Source: Octopus sinensis
Taxonomy: Eukaryota
DNA: 21,497 bases
Assembly: GCF_006345805.1 (NCBI RefSeq)
Contig: NW_021823698.1
Coordinates: forward strand, 1 to 21,497
Direction: 5' to 3'
The position numbers and the translations under genes are program-made. The notes under the pieces were generated by a model that was not told the DNA's origin, ran no database searches, and saw nothing but the letters and a program-made list of their open reading frames with translations. Positions 18,336-21,497 of the stretch are shown here, piece by piece. How positions within the stretch are numbered: the stretch's first letter is position 1; the number at the start of each line of letters is the position of its first letter.

Positions 18336-18913
18336 CTTTCTACTATAGGTACAAGGCCGAAAATTTGGGAGGGGGGAATTACTCGATTACATCGAGCCCA
18401 GTGCGAAACTAGTACATAATTTATCGATCCCGAAAGGATGAAAGGCTAAGTGGACCTCGGTGGCTTTGAACTCAGAACATGAAGACTGACGAAATACCTA
18501 TTTCTTTACTACCCAAAAGGGGCTAAACACAGAAGGGACAAACAAGGACAGACAAACGGATTAAGTCGATTATATCGACCCCAGTGCGTAACTGGTACTT
18601 ATTTAATCGACCCCGAAAGGATGAAAGGCAAAGTGGACCTCGGTGGAATTTGAACTCAACGTAACGGCAGACGAAATACCTATTTCTTTACTACCCACAA
18701 GGGGTTAAACACAGAAGGGACAAACAAGGACAGACAAACGGATTAAGTCGATTATATCGACCCCAGTGCGTAACTGGTACTTATTTAATCGTCCCCGAAA
18801 GGATGAAAGACGAAGTCGACCTCGGCGGAATTTGAACTCAGAACGTAACGGCAGACGAAATACGGCTACGCATTTCGCCCGGCGTGCTAACGTTTCTGCC
18901 AGCTCGCCGCCTT
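18336..18913 (-). mobile_element. SINE family B: head plus three body units, the last with a different tail
   Basis: Junctions at 18499 and 18681 (182-bp period); probable short TSD cttaat(a/g)atc at 18326-18335 and 18911-18920. Confidence 0.9.
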
Positions 18914-18919
18914 AATGAT

Positions 18920-19007
18920 CTACTAGAAATAATAGCCAAAATCCGTTAAACCACATATAACCGTCTTTCTTTTTAAAAACTATACATTGCGAGATGTAAT
19001 TCTAGAT
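18920..19007 (+). mobile_element. Dispersed repeat family D fragment
   Basis: ctactagaaataatagccaaa...acattgcgagatgtaattctagata. Confidence 0.5.
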
Positions 19008-19305
19008 AGGCATAGGTATGGCTGTGTGGTTAAGAAGCTCGCTTTGCAACCAGGTGATTTCGGGTTCACTGTCACTGTGCGGCACCTTGGGCAACTATCT
19101 ACTATCGGCCCGAGTCATCCAGCAGCCTTGTGAGTGGATTGGACAGACAAAAACTGTGTAGAAACCTATTGTTTTGTTGTTGCTGTGTGTGTGTGTGTAT
19201 TTGTCCCATTCACACCATTTGATAGACGGCGTTGGTTTGTTTACGACCTCATTTCGCATGTCGCCAAAAGATACCGATAGAATATGTACTAAACATTTTT
19301 AAAGC
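19008..19305 (+). mobile_element. SINE family A, diverged
   Basis: tggctgtgtggttaagaagctcgctt...ggcaccttgggcaa...gccttgtgagtggatt...gataccgatagaata. Confidence 0.85.
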
Positions 19306-19309
19306 ATAA

Positions 19310-19408
19310 GTAGTGTATAGTTAGTGATGGCAGTAGTTGGATTAGTAGTAGTAGTAGTGTAGTAGTAGTAGTAGTAGTAGTAGTTGTTGTTGTTGTTGTT
19401 TTGTTGTA

Positions 19409-19444
<36 letters not shown>

Positions 19445-19568
19445 TAGTAGTAGCAGCAACAGTAGTGGTAGTAGCAGTAGTAGTAGTACAGCAGCAGCAG
19501 CAGCAGAAGTAGTGGTAGTAGTAGTAGTAGTAGTAGCAGCAGTAGCAGCAGCAGCAGCAGCAGTAGTG

Positions 19569-19599
<31 letters not shown>
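19310..19599. repeat. (TAG)n/(TTG)n/(CAG)n trinucleotide microsatellite
   Basis: Seen directly. Confidence 0.95.
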
Positions 19600-19715
19600 A
19601 AAATAGGGCAGGCGACTCTTAACTACATCAACTAGGATGACGCCAGAGGCGATAAGGATAAGAAACTAGGTGAAGGTGGAGACAAGGCGTGTCATGAACG
19701 CCATGAACGTTTGCA

Positions 19716-19875
19716 TATGTATGTATGTATGTATTATGTATGTATTATTATGTATGTATGTATGTATGTATGTATGTATGTATGTATGTATGTATGTATG
19801 TATGTATGTATGTATGTATGTATGTATGTAGTATGTATGTAATGTATGTATGTATGTATGTATTTATGTAGTATG

Positions 19876-19907
<32 letters not shown>

Positions 19908-20191
19908 TGTATGTATGTATGTATGTATGTATTAGGAATGTATGTATGTATGTATGTTTGTACGTATGCATGCATGTATGTATGTATGTATGTATGTATG
20001 CATGCATGTATGTATGTATGTATCTATATATGTATGTATATATGTATGTATGTATGTCTGTACGTATGCATGTATGTATGTATGTATATATGTTTGTATG
20101 CATGTATGTATGTTTGTACGTATGCATGTATGTATGTATATATGTATGTATGTATGTATATATGTATGTATGTATGTATGATGTATATATG

Positions 20192-20223
<32 letters not shown>

Positions 20224-20258
20224 ATGTATATATGTATATATGTATATATGTATGTATG

Positions 20259-20292
<34 letters not shown>

Positions 20293-20372
20293 TGTATGTA
20301 TGTATGTATGTATGTATGTATGCATGTTTGTACGTATGCATGTATGTATGTATGTATGTGTGTATATATATG

Positions 20373-20406
<34 letters not shown>

Positions 20407-20648
20407 TGTATGTATGTATGCATGTTTGTACGTATGCATGTATGTATGTATGTATGTATGTATGTATATATGTATATATGTATGCATGTATGTATGTATG
20501 TATGTATGTATGTATGTATGTTATTGCTCAGTTTTCTTTCAAGATTTCTTGCCAATGGAGAAAGAACCGGTTTCAAACCTAGATCCAAGGTTCCTTCATT
20601 GGAATTTCAACATCAACAACAGGGTATGTATGTTTGTATGTATTTATG

Positions 20649-20679
<31 letters not shown>

Positions 20680-21185
20680 TGTATGTATGTATCTATGCAT
20701 GTATGTATACATGTATGTATGTATGTATGTATGTATGTATGTATGTATTTATGTATGTATGTATGTATGTATGTATGTGTGTATGTATGTATGTATGTAT
20801 ATGGTCAGAGTTGCATGTTTTGTTTTATGTATGTATTGTGATGGTATATAGTTGCATATGTAGACATGCTCATATATATTCAAATGCTAAACTTCTGGAA
20901 AGGTTTACAGACCTTTACAGTTCCAATGATGGATTGGATCCGTTGTCTTCGAATGTATATATGTATATAGGTATGTATGTATGCATGTATGTATGTATAT
21001 GTGTGTGTGTGTATGCATGCAGGTACGTACGTCTATATGTATGTACGTATGCCGGTATATATACATGCATATGTATGTATATATACATATGTATATGTAC
21101 GTAAGTCTGTATGTATGTACGTATGCATGTATGTATACATGCATATGTATGTACGTATGTATGCATTATGTAAATATACATATGT
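19716..21185. repeat. ~1.45-kb degenerate (TATG)n tract with unique islands (20520-20624, about 20800-20955)
   Basis: Seen directly; source of the MYVC/HTYI ORFs. Confidence 0.95.
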
Positions 21186-21188
21186 AGT

Positions 21189-21420
21189 GAAGGCGCATGG
21201 CTCAGTGATTATAGCGTCGAGCTTACGATTTTTAGGTTGCTAGTTCGATTCCCAGACCGGGCTGCGTGTTATGTTCTTGAGCAAGACGCTTTATTCCACA
21301 TTGCTCCAGTTCACTCAGCTTTAGAAATGAGTCGCGATGTCACAGGTGCCAAGCTGTATCGGCCTTTGTCTTTCCCTTGGATAACATCAGTGGCATGGAG
21401 AAGGGAGGCTGGTATGATGG
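21189..21420 (+). mobile_element. SINE family C-related copy with a different tail, 3'-truncated
   Basis: ggcgcatggctcagtgatt A box, cttACGat, agttcgattcc B box, ttgagcaagac...ttgctccagttcactcagct; downstream sequence differs from the 17179 and 17993 copies. Confidence 0.82.
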
Positions 21421-21497
21421 ACAGACACACACACTGTTGAATAATGAGATAGATAAAGATAAGGAGGTGTATAGAGAGACAAATAGACGACCCGACA

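Noticed and set aside
19634-19655. AGGATGA-CGCC-AGA-GGCG-ATAA hammerhead-like hairpin
   Set aside because: It lacks CUGA, GAAA, stem I and stem III; likely chance.

Overview
AT-rich eukaryotic non-coding DNA, probably intronic, saturated with microsatellites ((TA)n, (CA)n, (GATA)n, (GA)n, (TAG)n, (TATG)n) and tRNA-derived SINEs. The repeat repertoire resembles that of a coleoid cephalopod (Octopus); this is an inference from remembered repeat types, not a database result. There is no confident protein-coding gene: nearly all listed ORFs are microsatellite or SINE translations. Real coding remnants are an L1/Tx1-like ORF2 C-terminus (minus strand, about 15478-15655) and an RTE-like ORF2 C-terminus (plus strand, about 13250-13600). 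One good 43-nt minus-strand exon candidate lies at 9099-9141. The most notable structures are: (i) four hammerhead-ribozyme-like motifs in short (TA)n-associated Penelope-like or retrozyme-like elements, one canonical, plus a fifth element copy that begins exactly at the predicted self-cleavage site; (ii) three fold-back inverted duplications, including a LINE with a double snap-back 5' junction; (iii) three SINE families that each show tandem multimerisation, some bounded by a single TSD; (iv) a tRNA-like cloverleaf sitting on an extended stem. All coordinates and identities were read by eye and may be off by a few bases.
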